A DNA stretch of 64,000 nucleotides from Chrysomallon squamiferum (Eukaryota; Animalia; Mollusca), in NCBI GenBank assembly GCA_012295275.1, contig CM022676.1:6696001-6760000 (forward strand). The letters are read 5' to 3'. Positions 59,923 through 64,000 of the stretch are shown here, piece after piece. Each line of letters starts with the position of its first letter. Position 1 is the stretch's first letter. Under the pieces are notes generated by a model, which worked only from the letters and a program-made list of their open reading frames with translations, searched no databases and was not told the origin of the DNA. The translations under genes were made by a program, and so were the position numbers.

Positions 59923-61291
59923 GATTTTTTATTTTTTATTTTTAAGACTTCATTCAAACTGGCAAAGACGTTAACAATTCATTAATGTTTGCTGATCCTT
60001 AAGAAATTTATCATAGTAATGATGGATATTTTAGAATTTATAAGTGAATGTACATAAAAGGCATTGTTTTACAGACAATTTATTCAGGAATTTTGTAATT
60101 TGCACATTTGTAACTAGCAGTATTTTTGAAGTATGGCCCTAGATGATAAAAATTTAGAAGTGTACAGAACTTTATAAGAGCCATTTATTAATACCACCAA
60201 AGATGCCACACTATAAGTTTAATTCTTAAACGAAAAACTCTCAAATTGAAAATGATGATTATTTTATTAAATTCTATATAAAATAGACATTTTTTATTAT
60301 ATTTTTGTCTTGTTTTCATACTAATTAATGTTTAATTAAATGATTGTTTTGACCAGGTACTGTAATGTTGCATCATGTACTGAAAATCTGTGAAGAGGAT
60401 GGAAATTTTGATAATGTCTTTCTGTAAGTTTTCTTTTAATCTTTCTTTATTTCTTTTTTTTTTAACTTTCCTCTGTCTTTTATTTTTCTCTTCATTTCTT
60501 TATCATTTATTATGTATTTTCTATATAATTTACAGTGCTTGCAATAGATAGTAATATTAGTCAGAAATGTATTTAGTGGTGTCTTCATATATAGAGGATC
60601 CTTTTGAGTGAATGTTTGGGCCAAACATTTCTTTTTACGGAGAAAGGTCATATTTGAACCAGCCTCTTCATTCTTAGGAAGTAATAGTTATGCTTTTATT
60701 TATGCACTGTATATCTGGTACTCATGTTGGAATGTATATAAATTATTCCCAAATATGGAGAAAAAATCAGTTTACAAGAATGTCTGTAAATTTATTATTA
60801 GTATTATTTATTATTTTTTTGAAAAGAATTTATTTGTTATTTTAAATTTATATATTTATTTATTTATTTTGTTCCATTTTATTATGAAATATATTATGAT
60901 TATTATTTATTTGCTGCACATTATTATTATTAAATAATTAAATAAATATATAAATATAGACAGACATGCTTGCACACACACACGCACACACACACAGATA
61001 TATTATTATTGTTATTTTTTTTATTTTATCTCTTTCTTTCTTTTTTCTTATTGCAGACATGTGCAGGTAAACAATGATAGTGCTATTAAATTCTATGAAA
61101 AGTTTGGATTCAAAATTGCCGAGGAAAAGAAGAACTACTACAAAAGAATAGAGCCTGCAGACGCCTATGTCTTACAGAAGTCATTTCGCGAACCAAAAGC
61201 TAGAGCTCCTGGGGAAGTGGTGGAAAGTAGCACAAAGACAATGGCTGAAAGTTCAGAGATCAATGACTGTGGCAGTAAAAACCAGTCATGA
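57672..61291 (+). CDS. NAA50: N-alpha-acetyltransferase 50 (NatE catalytic subunit), 188 aa; exons 57672-57679, 58915-59051, 59552-59671, 60357-60423, 61057-61291
   Basis: Spliced translation MTRGRIELGDITQHNIKQLKRLNQVVFPVTYNDKFYKDVLEVGELAKLAYYNDIVIGAVCCRIDTSENQRRLYIMTLGCLAPYRRLGIGTVMLHHVLKICEEDGNFDNVFLHVQVNNDSAIKFYEKFGFKIAEEKKNYYKRIEPADAYVLQK... is readily recognisable as NAA50/San. All introns are GT-AG and in phase. Confidence 0.97.
58591..58790. repeat. 21-bp minisatellite in NAA50 intron 1 (~10 copies)
   Basis: Unit CTACTGACATAAGTAAAACTT. Confidence 0.85.
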
Positions 61292-62695
61292 CCGGACAGC
61301 AATTTGAAACTTAGAATAATGTGAAAATGTGTTTGAATTCACCTGTGTTTTTTTTTGTCCTCTTTTGTACTTCCATTTTTATTTTTTTTTTTTTTTTGAA
61401 TTTTCATTTCTATTTTTTTTTTTCTTTTTTTTTTTTAATTATTTTTTCCCTTTTTTTTTTTTTTTTTTTACCTATTTTATTTTATTTTGTGAAAAAAGTT
61501 TTCTTCTGTAATATAGAATAGCACTAATTATTAAAAAAAAATTTTGTAGAAATATAATTAATATCTTAACTCTTTACTCTGTAACAAATACTTCATTAAC
61601 AATTTCATACATACCATGCATGTCATTTTAATGATGTATGAATTAGAATGAACCCCCTAAACATACTTCAAACTTTCTTTATTAATCCATGGGTTTACTG
61701 AAACCCTCCCCATGTTCCAAACAGATTACTGATCTTGATCATTTCAGCCAATTTTTCGAAAATGTTGAGGCAGTAAAGGGAGGTAATAAATGTTATAATG
61801 AAAAGGTTTGGGTTATCTGCCCAAAAGGATATACAGTAATATTTTAAAATTGTAACAAAAAATAAATGTATTATGGTATTGCTAAATGATTTTGGTTATA
61901 TCTTGAATGATATTAATGATTTTAAGTTTTATAAAAATAAGAGATACCAGGGTTTGCAAAATCGTTTGGATTTTCTGTGTCAAAAAAAGGATTAATATTT
62001 TAAAATGTTAATTTTAGGGCACTGCTAAATGGTTTGGATTTTCTCTCCAGAGAACTTTTTACATTTTTGAGGTTTGGGATTAGTAAAAATTGTCTATTTG
62101 TTTCTGATACTCTGTAAAACAATTTAATGTTAAATTAATTTATATATCCCGCTATTCATAGAGAAAACTATACCCTGAATTTAGCAACAGATTTTAAATT
62201 TCTATGGGTTCATTCTTTTATTCAAATACTTTTTTTTGTGTTCACCCTTTTTCTGATTAAATCAGCATTTTAGTAAAAAAAAAAAAAAAAAAGTTTTTTT
62301 TTATTTTATGTTTTAGTCCAATTCCCACTTGCACCTAGTTTGTTTTGTAGTTTAGGTTTAATTTTGTTTGTTTGTTTGTTATTTGCTTCAGTTTTCTTTT
62401 TGAAATGAATATATTATTTAAAAAAAAAATAAAAAAAAATACGACATGTATTCTGAAATTGAGTGAGAAATGGTTTGTAATCCATTTTGTACATTAAAAA
62501 TATCTTTCTACCAAGCAGTTTCTTTGTTTTTTTTTTATTAGAAAAGTGATTAATCATTTTCTTGAGTTACAGAGAGTATTAATTTTACACTTTTTTTTTT
62601 TTCTGTCTCTGTTTCTACTCTCATCTTGAAAGAGTTTGTGAGAAATTGTTACAAATCCTGAAATAATACAGAATTTGAAAACCTTGAAATTATTA

Positions 62696-62750
<55 letters not shown>

Positions 62751-63346
62751 TAATGTTACTATTATTATCATCATTATTATTATCATTATTATTATTATTA
62801 TCATTGTTATTATTTATTTATTATTTATTTATTTTATTTATCTTATTTTTTATTTTTAATTACTGAAAATAATAATTTACCTCCATTTAATTACAGCAAT
62901 GCTTTAAAAATCCACAATGATATTTTCCTCACGTTTTTAAACAAACTATTTGTCTAAATGTGTATAAATAATCTCTCACACAAAACAGATGTACCAACAG
63001 TACATACAATGAGAGTCTGACCTACGTTATCATTCCAAATTCTTTGTAAATTAAAAATTATATAAAAACGGAAAAACATTTTCTCGGGGCTATTTACTTG
63101 TGTAACCCCGCCCATGTACAGGTAATAAACGGGCAGTAAAATTTGTCACTTGTTTGTTATTTTTGTCGGCATGCAACAAAAATATTTTCATTACCAACAA
63201 AGCCAGCCAAAGATGCGGAGAATAAATACAGGTATCTCGTGTTGCATTTTTAATTTTAAAATTTTAGTTTAAGAAATTTTATTTGTTGTTATTATTTTTT
63301 AATTGTTATTATTATTATTTATTTTTTAAATTGTTATTATTATTTA

Positions 63347-63385
<39 letters not shown>

Positions 63386-63851
63386 TTTTTTTTATTATTA
63401 TTATTTTAAATTTAAATTTGTTATTATAGTTTTACTGAACGTTTAAAATGACGTTATGTGTAAAGAAATTTTTATTTATTTATATTTTTATTTGTTTATT
63501 TATTTATTTATTGCTTTATTTATTTACTTACATATTTATTTATTTATGTATGTATGCATTTGATTTATTTGTTTGTTTATTAAATTAAACAGATTTTACA
63601 CAATATTTGCAAATTAAACATTTATACATTATGATGCATGATTACAAACGCACACGCACACACACACACACAAATGTAGATATAAAATGTTATAACAAGC
63701 AATGGAATTAGTATCAGATTAACTTCAGTCAAAATGTATGACGCAGAAAACTATTTTTTTTTTTTTTTTTTTAATTTTGTGCTATTTTTGGTTTGTATTA
63801 ATTAAACTGTGCACGCGCAAACCTATGTCTTGTCTTGGTTATTGTTGCTGC

Positions 63852-63905
<54 letters not shown>

Positions 63906-64000
63906 ATGTTTTATTAAGCAGGTTTATTTTTATGCAACAAAATAGACTGGATTATTTTGATTGAAGAAGACATATATAAATGTCGCTCCAGGCATTTTAT

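Overview
AT-rich, microsatellite-dense eukaryotic (animal, probably invertebrate/mollusc-like) DNA. Most ORFs in the supplied track are simple-repeat artefacts. The gene models below were built by hand from GT-AG splice sites and exon phases. (1) A compact 3-exon minus-strand gene (5750..3833) encodes a 63-aa aromatic/Met-rich secreted peptide and has a well-spaced TATA+Inr promoter. (2) A plus-strand tandem cluster of six paralogous single-pass receptors (A, B, C1, C2, C3, D; ~15.0-55.8 kb) shares one layout: signal peptide + atypical V-type Ig domain lacking the canonical B-F disulfide / second Ig-like domain split over two exons / TM exon / tail exon. Tail length varies widely between paralogues. 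C1-C3 lie in three ~7.4-7.9 kb tandem units. The unit breakpoint joins the last intron of C to the last intron of B, so C1 and C2 are chimeras with B's short tail exon, while C3 appears to keep a long basic tail. C1, C2 and D carry small frameshifts (real or assembly errors). (3) An intact 5-exon NAA50 (NatE acetyltransferase) gene at 57672-61291. Minisatellites, a MITE and SINE-like remnants are also present.
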